Shown here: positions 28,190 through 41,467 of the stretch, piece by piece
Layout of the letters: each line of letters starts with the position of its first letter
How positions within the stretch are numbered: position 1 is the stretch's first letter
Origin: Eledone cirrhosa
Lineage: Eukaryota
NCBI GenBank assembly: GCA_964016885.1
Contig: OZ024740.1
Location: 151,218,001 to 151,282,000, forward strand
Reading direction: 5' to 3'
DNA length: 64,000 nucleotides
The notes under the pieces: generated by a model
Databases searched by the model: none
Seen by the model: the letters and a program-made list of their open reading frames with translations, nothing else
What the model was told of the DNA's origin: nothing
Position numbers and translations under genes: made by a program

Positions 28190-29461
28190 CAGGGGTTGGA
28201 CAAAATAATGGAAACACCTAGTATCATAGCATCATAATCTTGAAATATCTATAAAACCGTCAAAAGCTTGTTTATTTTTATCTTTTTTTATTTATTATTA
28301 GTGTTGCTTAATATGTTTTGTTAAAATTGCTGTTTCCTTTGAGATATCATCAGAAAAAGGTAATTAAAATTCATTAAAATAACAGATCTATCGGACTTTC
28401 AAAGAGGTCAAATTGTTGGTGCTCGTATGGCAGGCGCTAGCGTAACGAAAACAGCCGAAATGTTTGGTGTATCAAGAAGTACTGTCTCGAAAGTAATGGC
28501 AGCCTTTGAGAAAGAGGGAAAAACCTCCTCGTCGAAACAAAACTCCGGAAGAAAACCAAAACATTCAGATAGGGACCGTCGGACTCATACGCGAATTGTT
28601 AGGAAGGATCACAAAAGTACAGCTCTCAAAATTACTGCAGAGCTTAATGACCACCTCAAGAACCAAGTTTCCACAAAAACTGTTCGCCGGAAGCTGCACA
28701 AAGCCGGATTTCACGGTAGGGCTGCAATCAGAAAACCACTACTTTCAAAAATAAACGTTGCAAAGCGTTTAGAGTGGAGTAAAAACCTACAGAATTGGTG
28801 CTTAAAGCAGTGGAAGAATGTTATTTTCTCGGACGAATCATCCTTTACCTTATTTCCGACTACCGGCCGAGTATACGTGTGGAGACAGCCAAAAGAAGCA
28901 TTTGACCCAGACTGCCTTCTTCCAACTGTTAAACATGGAGGGGGATCTGTGATGATCTGGGGGGCTATATCTTGGAAATCCGCCGACCCAATGGTTTCCC
29001 TTCATGGCAGAATTAATAGTCAAGACGATTTAAGCATTTTATCTGATCAAATTCATCCTATGGTTGCGGAACTGTTTCCGGAGGGAAAAGCAATCTTTCA
29101 GGATGATAATGGACCAATTCACACAGCTAAAGTTGTTACTGAATGGCACGAGGAACATTCTAGCGAAGTTGAACATCTTATCTTGCCACCACAGTCCCCA
29201 GATCTCAATATTATTGAACATTTATGGTGCAATTTAGAAAAACAAGTAAGGAGTCGATATCCTCCACCATCATCACTACAAGAACTGGAGACTGTTTTAG
29301 CTGAAGAATGGATAAACATTCCTGTGGAAACAATTCAAAATGTGTACGAGTCCATACCTCGTAGAATTCAAGTTGTAATTACTGCCAAAGGCGATCCTAC
29401 CCATATTAAAATAAATTTGTCTGAAATTTTAAGGTGTTTCCATTATTTTGTCCAACCCCTG
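28190..29461 (+). mobile_element. Tc1/mariner DNA transposon, 1272 bp, perfect 30-bp TIRs
   Basis: CAGGGGTTGGACAAAATAATGGAAACACCT at 28190-28219 and its reverse complement at 29432-29461, followed by TA; internal transposase. Confidence 0.96.
28379..29409 (+). CDS. Tc1-type DD36E transposase, lightly damaged
   Basis: HTH (ASVTKTAEMFGVSRSTVSK), VIFSDES, FQDDNGPIH, SPDLNIIEHLW with 36 residues between D and E. The presumed start reads ATA (TDLSDFQRGQIVGAR in frame upstream of the ORF at 28427); a 1-bp loss near KGDPT skips the likely native TAA at 29407. Confidence 0.92.
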
Positions 29462-30364
29462 TATATATATATATATGATGTGTGTGTGAGTGTGTGTATA
29501 TATGGTACACGAGGCTTCTTTTTTAATGACAGTTGGCTTAAAACAAACGGAGCCATGATTCAATTCCATATAGCAGGATTAACAAAACTTGCTTAACACT
29601 CAACACTCTAAATCTCACGAGACTGTATTAGGAAGACATTATTGAAAGATATTAAAAATTAAAGATTTTACTTTAGTTTAGGACACATTACTACACAGTA
29701 ATCTATCACCTTTTATGATACTATATATATTTGAATTAATAAACCGTGTTTTAAACATTTTCTGCTAAATCGTTATAGGATGTTAAGACTTCATTCACAG
29801 TATTTATCATAACTGATTGCATCACTTTAATATTTAAAGTCTTAAATTAACTGTATCTTTTGCAACAATCTGTCTACTAGCAGATATTATTTACACATTT
29901 GAATTAACAAACCTGTTTTAGATATTTTCTACTAAATGATTACAGGATGTTAAAAGTTAATGAATGAGTCAAACAGGTTAAAGTTCAAATATTTTGGCGC
30001 TGTAAGACATGAGAAAAATTTACTCAAGGTTTTATTGTACACAATTTATAATCCCCTAAGAATGACTTGTTGATATATAAAGTAAAAGACAAAAAGATAA
30101 TAAAAATACATGTAAACAATGTCTCATATTTATTTTAGTCCAAAAAAGTAGGGATAGTAACTATAATGTTTAAAGACCCTCTTCTATATGTCAGGTCAAT
30201 AATGTCAACAAGCAACGTCAATATCTGCAGGTTTAGATATGTAGGGGTTTAAAGATAAACAAAAATGAAAAACATGAGCAGGAGGAGAAGAATTTCAAGA
30301 GGAATGTCGATGTAGAATGGAGGTATGATAGGGCTAAAGTGTTTATTTATTTATCATGACAGAA

Positions 30365-30665
30365 CGTTTAAATAGTTCACTTCGAAATCATTAGGTCCCG
30401 GGTTCAATCTCACTGCGTATCATCTTGGTCATGCGGTATTTCATATTGCCTCAGATCTGTCCGAAATATTGGGATTAAATTGAATAGAAACTTTTTGCAA
30501 GACCATCGGTTAGACTGTGCTTGTAATTCAAAATACAAACTGTATCATGCTGAATCTCCCTGAGAATTACATGAAGGGTACTTATGTATGTGGAATGCTC
30601 AGCCACTTACACGTTAATTTCCGTTGTTCGAACAATTGGAACACTCAACGTTGAAAGCAACGGAG
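30365..30665 (+). mobile_element. SINE family B, diverged
   Basis: GGTCCCGGGTTCAATCTCACTG head; body ATGCTGAATCTCCCTGAGAATTAC...CACGTTAATTTC similar to the reverse of 46340-46635 and 55010-55320. Confidence 0.6.
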
Positions 30666-31639
30666 CTCTATTCCTCTTCTTATTTATGTATTTGTTTGTG
30701 ATGCGTGAAATATAGTAAAAACAAGAAGGGGTGTTGCGTGTGCATTGGGTTGCTATCTCAGAAAATCAGAAGTTGTGGTAGAATCGATAACAGGGAGGGA
30801 GAACGACATAGAACGGTAGCTAGGAAATGTAGTATATGGGTGAATGAGTATTTGCGATTTAAAAATATAGCAATTTTACATGACATAGTCAACCTCTAAA
30901 AGTGTAATACAAAATACAATATTTTCCTATTATAATATAACTGATAAAATTTCAGAAAGGCAAAAATGTTATCAACGTTTATGTAGTTCGTGTAAACATT
31001 AATCAAATACCACATGTTTGCCACATGGGTGTATATAATGATATAAAACTGTCGAAATATCGCTCCATCATTTATTTTCATGATCAGTTGAGATGTAATC
31101 TATTGGTTTTTAGTGATTTATGGCAGAAATTGAGAAAACGAACGAGGATGTGATTAAATAATATTCAATAAACAATTCTTTATCTATCAATAAAAACATC
31201 ACTTGATACTTTTCTTCGTATAATAATATATTGTCATCTATGAGTATAGTATTCAGATAGTTATGTACAATAGACTGTGTTGTCAGTTTCAAGGAACGGG
31301 TGTTTTAGATGCTCAATAAACTTAACTATCTACACATTATTACTTTTACATTATCTAGTCAAGGAGAGAGGAGTATTGCATATGATTCTTTCCATAGACT
31401 CTAATGGTAGAAGGAAAGAGGAAGGTATCCTAAACCTGAGAACCAACACGAATGTTTGCAAAATCAGCTATTGCATTGCATTAAAATTACTCAAATAACA
31501 GGCAGTGGTATGAAACTGGTCGACGGATTAAGCCTGCTACCCAAGTAGACCATAGCACAATTTCATCTCAAAGCGAAAACAACCGGAACAAAATTTGCAA
31601 GCCCTCTGAATCGATGCGCAAACACTTTCGCCCAATTAC

Positions 31640-31870
31640 TGTCCTGGATTGCCTTACCTCTCAGCGACGAATGGAGTTGTAGAACGGTTTTTGTAGTATG
31701 CTGAGTATTCTAGGCATTTTCATCCTGGTGTGACCCAGCCGTCTCCAGCTTCGGTCACAGTTAATTTCTTCTACAAAGAAAGAGAAGAATCGTCTCAGCA
31801 CTTGACTGGTAGATATTTCATCAACGTTGAAAGGACAAAATGTAAAGTAGACCTCGGTAGAACTGAGAAA
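31640..31870 (+). pseudogene. Decayed Gypsy-type integrase remnant
   Basis: PYLSATNGVVERFCSML resembles [17 protein letters not shown] of the element at 40596-40895; RYFINVERTKCKVDLGR resembles KHFTVYIKGSRETVSIDR. Confidence 0.45.
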
Positions 31871-32969
31871 ATAGAAAACCATAATGAATTCTATAAGGAA
31901 TTATATTCGATACCCTACCAACTCCAGCAAATGGCCGCCGGCTATTGAGTTGAACTGTGATTTCGATGCAAATTTCTTAAATCTAAAGGCCATGTTCCTA
32001 TATGAAATTGAATAGACAATTCATAAATATCCTCTCATAAATGAAAAATAGAAAATATACCATGCAATATTACTGACAACCATGTATATCAGCAGGAATT
32101 TATTTGTAGTTATATATAAAAAAAGGTTATTTGAAATATGCATATCAAGGTTTAGGAAATAAGAAGTGTTATCTTAGTGTTCAGTCGTAACATTAGATCT
32201 TTCGGATAAATCTGGTAGGAAACGTCACTAAATATTCCTGCATCTTTAATAGCGAAAAAGCTTATCAATAAATCGGAATATGAAACGAGATATTTTTGAT
32301 ATAAGTGAGTTGGACTTCTTTATTAAATATTTGATATATCAGTGTTTATAAGTGTGGAGAAATAAAATTTTTCCATTGAGATTCTGATATTTGATTTTCT
32401 CATTCAATATATATTACATTTAAGAAACATTTTATTATAAAATCTTGTACTGCTTCTTTAAGTGAAATTAAAGACAACGTATTGTCCTCAACATTTACTT
32501 ATCCAAGATATATCTCCGTGGAAAAGGAAAAGGAAAACAGAAAGTAACGAGGAAAGGACTGAAGAAAAAAGTAAGTATAAATAAATAAAGAGTGAATGAA
32601 AGAAAGAGAGAAATATATAATCTTTAGTTTAAATAGGCTAAATGTATATACTTTATATATCTCTAAATGCAAAAGTCAATCTGATCGTTTATTCTAACAG
32701 AAACATTGAGTGATATTTTAGCATATATATTTATGTTATTTTTATGCAGCATTTATCAATCACTCCATCTCTCTTTCAATGTCAGTATGTCCCTCTCTTA
32801 ACCACTTTTCGCTTACCATCTGCACCTTTCACTGTCTCCTACCTATCCCCCCCCACTCTCTCTCTCTCACAAACACATACACTCGCTTTTTGCTTCTAGT
32901 ATATATGGCGGGGGGACGGGTCCATGAAGGGGATGTATATGAAACCATATATACGATGTATTTAAATAT

Positions 32970-33268
32970 AATTGTTTCTACTTTTGGCACAAGGCCAGCA
33001 ATTAGCCAGTACATTACTGGTACTTTATTTTATCGACCCCGTAAGGATGAAAGGCAAAGTTATATATATAAATATAATGATTTCTAGTGCACATGGCCTG
33101 CAATTTGGGAGGAGGGAAAGTCGATTAAATCGACCCCGGTACGTTGCTAGTGCTTTATTTTATCGACCCCGTAAGGATGAAAGGTAAAATAAACCTCGAC
33201 GGGATTTGAACTCAGACCATAAAGCATGGTGTCTGACTCTCTACCGATATTGCCAATCCACTGCCCTT
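32970..33268 (-). mobile_element. SINE family A composite (two core segments within one apparent TSD)
   Basis: Core at 32970-33061 and 33150-33268; GATGT(A/G)TTTAAATATAAT on both sides (32955, 33269). Confidence 0.7.
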
Positions 33269-33374
33269 GATGTGTTTAAATATAATAAATATACAACTGT
33301 CGCGCTACTGATATGTTAAAGTGTGATGATTCCACAGCTATATCTGTAGCCGCATAGGTATGTCAGACCCACGA

Positions 33375-33552
33375 CAGTTGGCAGTATCGGTAGACGCCAT
33401 GCTTTGACGCATAGACTTACGGCCCTTGCCATTCTGAGTTCAAATCCCGCCGAGGTTAACTTTGCCTTTCATTCTTACGGGGTCGATAAAATAAAGTACC
33501 AGTAATGCACTGGGATAATTGCTGGCTTTGTGCCAAAAGTAGAAACAGTTAT
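33375..33552 (+). mobile_element. SINE family A
   Basis: TGGCAGTATCGG A-box-like, GAGTTCAAATCC B-box, shared core and tail. Confidence 0.88.
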
Positions 33553-33559
33553 TTACTCG

Positions 33560-33920
33560 GTGCTGAGACAAGAATAAGCATCAGTCGCTCTCCGACAGGT
33601 TTGCAGTCAAGTCCGTGGTAGCGGAGACTTCTGGTGTTCTTGGCCCTAGGGCCACCTCCCTGCTCGCCACCATTAGTACAGAGTTGGCTTCCCGCAGGGG
33701 TGAGCCTCACGAGCTGGAATGGCTCTTCCGACGTGTCTCCCTCACCATCCTACGGAAAAACGCCTTCTCTATTTTGTTCGCCGAGGAAACGGGGCAGCCA
33801 GCGCATGGGCTGCAATTTGTTCACAATAATCAGAGATGGGGAGAGCGGGAGAGGTGGAGTCAGTGACAGCGAGAGTTTGGTTCTTTTGTATTCGGATCTG
33901 ACGTATATATTTGTGAATAA
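33560..33920 (+). pseudogene. 3' end of a CRE-like (restriction-like endonuclease) non-LTR retrotransposon
   Basis: VAETSGVLGPRATSLL...GEPHELEWLFRRVSLTILRKNAFSIL matches the ETxGxxGP...QRxSxxxxRGNAxxI tail of CRE-clade proteins; second copy at 39200-39420 (-). Confidence 0.7.
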
Positions 33921-34325
33921 GAGAGAATGAGTATTTCGTAATAACTATAGTTCATTAAACAGAACCCCTATACTAAGACGAGCTGACACATTTTAAGCAT
34001 CAAATTTAGCGTATATAAATGCGTTACTGGATTTTTGTATTTATTTTCAAGAATACGTCCACTAAATACATCCTATTATATGACTAGTACTAATTGTATC
34101 AACCAATGATTTTAACAACCAAAGTTCACTCTGGCAAGATTTGAACTCAGGGAACGTAACCAAATACATTAATCCGTCTTTTTACCAAGTAAAATTCCGT
34201 GATATGATCCGGGCTGAATTTGTGTGTTGAACATTGACTTAGGGCTGAACATATATAGCAACAACAATAACAAAAACATAAACAAAATTATCAACCATAA
34301 CAAAAATCTCTACTACTACTACTAT

Positions 34326-34374
<49 letters not shown>

Positions 34375-34379
34375 GCTGC

Positions 34380-34415
<36 letters not shown>

Positions 34416-34621
34416 AGTAGTAGTAGTACGTTTTTTAGTAATGTTTTTGTTGCACTGTCCCTTACGCATCTTTCATAGCAGCTTGTCTATTTAACTATTT
34501 CTCCCCAAGTGGTACTGGGTACCGTCCTTCAGCGTGGCAAAGTTTCTTCGAATATATATTAGTTTCGAATACATATTAGTTTTTTGTGTAAAATTTGGTA
34601 TAAGATACCGCATGAGTCTGC

Positions 34622-34659
<38 letters not shown>

Positions 34660-34926
34660 TGCACACACATGCACACACATACGCATACATACATACACAT
34701 ATATATATATGTTTTTGTGTGTGTGTGTGTATGTGTGTTTGTGTGTGTGTGGGGGGGGGGGGTATGTGTCTTTGCATCTATGTTTATATTTGTGTTTATG
34801 TTACCTAACATAGCTAATCAAGAAAACGGTGATCGACTAAACAAAAGCATCCTCCAGCATTTCTGCTGTGTAATGACTGAAACCAATAAAATAATAAAAG
34901 AAAATAAGAGAATAATATACAATATA

Positions 34927-35105
34927 ATAGTTTCTATTTTAGGCAGAAGGCCACCAATTATCCAGTACATTACTGGTACTTTATTTTATCGACTCCGTAA
35001 GGATGAAAGGCAAAGTTAACCTCGGCGGGATTTGAACTCAGATCATAAAGGGACGTAACTCTATGCTTCAAAGCATTGTGTCCGACTCTCTACCGATACT
35101 GCCAA
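34927..35105 (-). mobile_element. SINE family A
   Basis: Same core and B-box as other copies. Confidence 0.88.
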
Positions 35106-35146
35106 ATACATTCATATATGTATATATATATGTACATGTACATATA

Positions 35147-35228
<82 letters not shown>

Positions 35229-36439
35229 ATATCTGAAGTTTGCTCACAACAATACATTCCCACGTTCAGCAGTTCAGCATGTGTATTTTTCAATAGCCTT
35301 CAATATACCCAAGCTGATTTGGTAAATTTTGTTGTCAGAAACTATAAAACCACATCGCAAAGATCGTATCTGTAATTGAAAGTTCCAGGTTTGTGACACG
35401 CAGAATAACGTTTCTTCACTCGCAGGATTACATTGATATTACATATATGCTGTTTCAAATTAGTATGTATTTTCATACAGCTTGTTCAGTTAATCGAGTA
35501 ACTAAATACACACCGTCAAAACTGACCGAGATCCATTTAGACATATACACATATGCATGCGCATAAGCATACATGTATACACACTCAAACACAAACAGAC
35601 ATATGCATAGGGGTAGGTAAATTTCACACATTGACATATATTGCCTGATATTTAACTGCCGCTTTTAACCCACCTCCAAATACAGCCACTGTTTAGTGTA
35701 TAAAGTGGAGATATTTTCGTAGGCAGGCATTGACTAACTGTTTGTTTATTTTCAGCTGAATGATGAAGGTGATGCTGTAAAAATGTGTTGACAAGATGTT
35801 AGCTATTGAAAGATCGTGTAAACTCATATGAAAAACCTTCTGATTGGTTAGCGTTGTCAGTCAATACTTGCTTTACTGTAAACTGGCAGAGGTGTTCGTC
35901 GTCACTGATAAATTCGTATTGAATTTGGGGCAAAGGCATGTAGAGAGAAAAGAGGTATTCATGAATTATTTTCATAAGATAGTAATGTGTGGACATAACA
36001 TTTTTCACTCTCCTAGGCAATTCAGAATGATGTGATGCGTTTGATGTCCAATTTGAAATCTACCTCTCTGTGTTATCATCGATAGGGAAAACGTGTTTGA
36101 TGAGTTTGGGATGTACACATTGAAGTGCACTGTTTAAAAGTTGTTTGCAGCGATAAGTATACAGTATCGGCAATTTCTGTTTCAGTTGTTAAATACCGCA
36201 GGCTAAAATGTCTTGGTGTGACGCTGGGTGGCAGGAGGATCCCTTGTTTCAATAAAGTGATAAAATATGTCCTCCTTTTTGTCGCTGCACAATAGGCAAG
36301 CGCGAAACGTCGCAACAGAGACAGTAAATCGTCCCAATATAAGACATGGGTAGATTTTGGGGTTAAGCTTGAATCTGACTTCAGGCCAGCAAATAAAGGT
36401 CACCCCCCGATTTCATAAGAATTCCTCCTTTACACCTAC

Positions 36440-37900
36440 TTTCAGGAACGCATCAGCATCCTCGCGATGTAGAGAAAATTCTTTGCTGATCTCCTAAACA
36501 CATCTTATGTACACGAGGTGCATCTGGGAGCAATGACTAATCATTCGAAGGCTATGATCACAAGAGTAATTAAAGAGCTAAAATGTGGCAAGGCCCTTCA
36601 ATTTAGAAGATAATATGTGGCTGTCTCATGTGGGCCGGCTGGTCTTGATCTCTGGAAAGGCAACTAAGCAATGGCAATCGGGAGTGATAATCGCTATTTT
36701 CAAACAACGAGACAAAAGAAATTGTTCTAATTACAGAGGGATCTCCTTGTTAAGCCTCCCGGTTAAAGTCTATGCTAAGTGAACAGTTCAGTTATTGCCC
36801 CGGACGCAGCACAGACGACTTAGTATTCACACAGAGCAGGCCTACGAGAAATTGTGGGAGTATTGCCTAAAGGTATATTCTTGTTTTGTAGAACTCGAAA
36901 ATGCACATGACCGCGGTCCCCGTGACCTGCTGTGGAAGGTTCTGCAGGAGTATGGGATCAATAGTCAGCTGCTTACTGCTTTGATGTCTCTATACGAATA
37001 CCCGAATATTTGTGTTCGGATAAATGCTGTTAAATTGAAACCATTAAAGGGGGTGTCGGACTACGCCAGGTGTCGTACTTTCAACTCTCCTGTTAATTAT
37101 TTTCATGAACAGGATGGACATGTGCAGCCGGGCGGGAAGTGGTTTCACAACTGACGAGTGTAAAATCAGTCGACTGAAATTTCCAGACGACAAGGTGTTA
37201 CTTAACTCGACAGAAGATGATCTCCGATTTGCACTTGATAGGTTTGATGCCGAGTGCTGCATGGCTGGAATGTAAATCAGTGCTGCGAAAACTGAGACAC
37301 TTGTCCTCTCAAGGAAGACTACACCGTGCACTCTACATGTGAATGGAGTTTCACTGACATAAGCGAAGACGTTTAAGTATTTCAAGGCCGTGTTCACGAG
37401 TGACGGAAGTAATGAGGCTGAATTAAATGCTGCAGCATTCAGTAATCACACGAAGGTGGGTAGGGGTAAAAGCCAAACTCGCTGTCTTCAATTTTATATT
37501 CATGCCAACTCTTACCTATGGTCATGGATCTTGGGTAAGAGACGAAAGAATACGAATGCGGATACAAGCGGTCGAAATGGAATAACGTTACTCGATAGAG
37601 TGCATAGTTCGGAGATCAGAGAATACCTCCAGACAGAGCCGCTACTTCTCCGAATTGAGAGATCACAGCTCCGATACTACGGACATGCGGTTAGAATATC
37701 TCAGGAAAGAATCACCGGACAGATTTTACGGGCAAACCCAACCGGCAGGAAACCCAGGGGTAGACCCCGAACAAGATGGTTGTATAACATCCATGAGTTT
37801 GGCTGGTCTCGGTTGGGAATCCAGCTGGATCAGTTGGAGACGGTTGATTCTGACAGGAGCCGCTGGAAGGAATTGTTTGAGGACTCTGTCCTAACAACTC
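36440..37900 (+). pseudogene. RTE-clade (Expander-like) LINE, decayed RT and C-terminus
   Basis: WQSGVIIAIFKQRDKRNCSNYRGISLLSLPVKVYAK, CFVELENAHD, FPDD, EPLLLRIERSQLRYYGH...KPRGRPRTRW; many frameshifts. Confidence 0.88.
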
Positions 37901-39199
37901 CTACAGAAAAAAGTAGGCGAAGAAGAACGTCACGTTGCATGCGCCCTATCTATGTATTTGATTATACATATACTTAGTGTTTAATTCACTCTAACTGCAT
38001 GACATAATTTCACATAGAGTATGGATTTGGCATCGTTGTCTTCGACAATGAATGAACCAGTTATTTGATCAACAGAATAGCCAGCTCATGAAATAAATGT
38101 GTAAGTGAATGAGCATTCCACTGACACATCAACTCATAGCGTAATTCTCAGCAAGATTCAACATGATACAATATATGATGAGGTTGAACAGTCGTATTAC
38201 ATGTACTGTCGACCCGACGTGCTTCCAAATAATTTCTGTCTACCCAAATTCACTCACAAATTGTAGGTCGACCCTTGTTGCGCCCACCATGTATAGCCTA
38301 AACGATATTTGAATAAGCTTTTCAATACCCGATTAAAATACTGTGAAATTATGTGCGCACATCACAAGCGGGTTAGCACATATTCACATTGCTAACAATG
38401 ATATATTCAGAGATGATATATTTACGATGATATATTCACAGATACATAGTGGAACCGGTACACATGATACGAACACAACCACACACGCAGGGATCTCTTT
38501 CTGTATCTGTATATATAAATATTTATATATGTATATATATATATATGTCTGTGTGTGTGTTTCTGTGTGTCTTTGTGCGTGTGTGTACCTGCGTGTATGT
38601 GTGCGTATGTGTATGTTAGTGTATGTGTGTGGATGCATATATATCATATATATTTGTAAATTGACACACACGCACGCGCAACTGATGAATAAAGACAAAG
38701 AGAAATGCTATGACATAAGAAATCCAACCGACTACACTAAATGACACTGGGTGGAGAAAGAACGAATGAAAATTATAGCAAAAAATATACTGTATGGCTG
38801 AGTCTCAACTTTCTCTCAGTTTCTGTCGGCGGTGTCTGTGACAGCTGTCAAACTGAGGTGGTTTGCTGACAATAGCAAGACAGCTTGCTATGTTGGGCCG
38901 TAAAATCTATAGCCCAAACTAAGAGACAGACGACTGAATAGTGGGCGAGTAATCGTTGTCGACGTTGTAGTGGTGGGGATGGTGGTAGTAGTAGTAGTAG
39001 TAGTAATGGTGGTGGTAGTGGTAGTAGTAGTAATGGTGGTGGTGGTATTGGTAGTAGTAGTACTAGTTGTTGTGTTATTGATGTTGATGTTTTAAAGCGT
39101 GTGACGTAGTGGGTAGAGTATTCGGCTTACAATCGTATGGTGGAGGAGTATATAGTGGATGAGGGAGTTGACAGATAATGTGCTGAGTGTGTGAGTGTG

Positions 39200-39420
39200 T
39201 ATCTATGAAACATGTTCATATGCGCCAGGTCCGAACACAAAGGAATCAAACTCCCAATGTCACTGCCTCCATCTCTCCCGCTCTCCTTATCTCTCACTAT
39301 TATGAGCAAATGGGGACCCACGCGTGGCCACCCCGCGGCCCGGGCGGATAGAATACAGGTGTTTCCTCGGAGGTTGATGAGGGAAACGCATTGGAGGAAC
39401 CATTCCAGCTCACGATGGTA
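39200..39420 (-). pseudogene. Second CRE-like 3' fragment, apparently inside a SINE head
   Basis: Minus strand RELEWFLQCVSLINLRGNT plus 3' UTR homologous to 33700-33910; SINE-head-like sequence at 39097-39140 and 39410-39455. Confidence 0.6.
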
Positions 39421-39455
39421 AGGTCATGATTTCGATTTCCGGCGGAACGTTGTGT

Positions 39456-39800
39456 CTTTAGGCGGGGTGGTCAGACGTCTAATTGGATATTGTATACTGG
39501 CACATAGTCAAACAAGGAAGAAGGAACATACCTCAATTTTATGTTATAGAAACATTTTTTAATAGGAGTAATTACAGAATATATTCAAATACATTAGTGC
39601 TCCTAGGTTAGGATATATTTTAGTCATCATATAAAATCGCATGGTGTGATATCGTCTTTTGGGTCACTGCGTGAGAAAACACGTCTATCGCCTCCGAGTT
39701 ATCATCGTCCAAGAGCTATTGTCTCAGCTACTGACGTCAGAACTAAGGGCAGTTAATCGACTGCCTTCACAGTCGACGCTAGATGGCGTGATCTTCTACA
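39456..39800 (-). repeat. 3' LTR (~345 bp)
   Basis: Matches 44387-44635; starts TGTAG on the minus strand, preceded by purine-rich CTGGTGGGAGACCA. Confidence 0.9.
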
Positions 39801-40034
39801 TGGTCTCCCACCAGATTTTTAGAAAATTAAATAAAAATCGGTACATCGAATCAAGTACGTAGAAAAAATCAATTAGCAACCAGAAAAAATCCCAAACCAA
39901 GGAGCAATCAGCCCAACCGAGCATGAAGAGCACAACAACTTTCAAAAATACATATTAAAAAGGCATGCAAGAACGTGAAAGGAAAAAACAAATGTAATAA
40001 AATGTAAATACAATTTCCTAAAAGTTCCAAGTCA

Positions 40035-41445
40035 CTACATGATTAAAGCACCGCACAATAGCAGTTTAAAAATATACCGTGCTACACAGTTTTTTGGGCC
40101 AATGAACCCCCGACCGGAACTGGTCGTAGTCTTATATCTTGGTGAGGGAGGGGGGGGGGGGGGGGGGGGGGGCGAAGAAGCAGGTTTGTGTGCGAAAGAA
40201 AAAGACGTGGGCGTTTGTGGCTCAGGTGCGATAGCATCTGTATCCAAATGTGCTCGTTTGAGTCTATCAATCGATACCGTCTCTCTGGAACCCTTAATGT
40301 ATACAGTGAAATGTTTCTCTGAACGAGCTAATACACGGTAGGGTCCAGAGTATGGTTGTGTGAGAGGTGGTTTCACGGCATCGTTTCTCACATGGGTCCA
40401 CGAGGCAATATCCCTCGGGACTGCAAATTGTACAGTTTGGTTGCTCGTATCCATCGGCGGCAGGTCCTGAAAATAAGAACGCAGACGGGATACGTTGGAA
40501 AGCAGATCTTGTTCAACAAGATCGACAGGGGAAAGCATTTGCCCAGGTAACGCTAGAGGAGCACCATTCGGCCGGGGAGAACCCAAGGTCCTCCTTTATT
40601 GTTGACCGAATCCCCAACAACACAATAGGGAGGTACTCGCTCCAGCGCATAGAGACAGGAGAATCTGTAGAGCGGCTTTCAGTTGTCGGTGGAAGCGCTC
40701 CACCATTCCATTAGAGGCAGGATGATATGCTGTAGTTCGGATGCGTTTAGCGCCGATGATCTTCGTCAATTCATGGAAGAGGTTCGATTCAAACTGCCTT
40801 CCACGGTCCGTGGTAATTGACGTTGGTACTCCATATCGAGCGATCCATCCAGACACAAGGGCACGCGCTGTAATCTCAACAGTGATATCCCTCAAGGGGA
40901 TGGCTTCAGTCAGGCCATCGCGAAAAACGATCGATTAGTGTCAATAAGTAATTGTAACCATCGCTGATGGGCCAAGGTCCCACGATGTCCACATGAATGT
41001 GGCGAAACCGGGCGTCCGGGTTACTAAATGTACGAAGAGGAGTCTTAATATGTCTATGAACTTTCGATTTCTGGCAAGCAACACAGGAACGGCACCAGAC
41101 AGTAATTTCACGTCTCATATTTGGCCAGAAGAATCTAGCCGTTATGAGTTTTACTGTGGCAGAAGTTCCAGGATGTGAAATGCCGTGCAAAACAAGAAAC
41201 ACAGTTCGACGATGGTTCAACGGAACAAAAGGGCGTGGCGTATCCAAAGAGACGTGGCAGAGGATCCGTCCGTCTGCGGTCGGTAAAGGTAGGTATTTCA
41301 TCCTGCAATTCACAAATTCAGGTGATGTAACATCCAACGATTCGAGAGTAGGCTGATCGGCTGCCAAGCGATTCAAATCTATGTCATCGGACGACGAGAT
41401 CGAAGTAATCGGTAAACGAGACAGGGCGTCGGCCGCTGTATTCAT
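40035..41445 (-). pseudogene. Gypsy integrase (frameshifted)
   Basis: LHGISHPG...CRSCVACQ (HHCC), [40 protein letters not shown] (GPY/F). Confidence 0.93.
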
Positions 41446-41467
41446 ATAACCCGGAATATGTTGAATA

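Noticed and set aside
29730-29955. Diverged ~168-bp tandem duplication
   Set aside because: Only ~55 bp alignable, AT-rich, no other signal.
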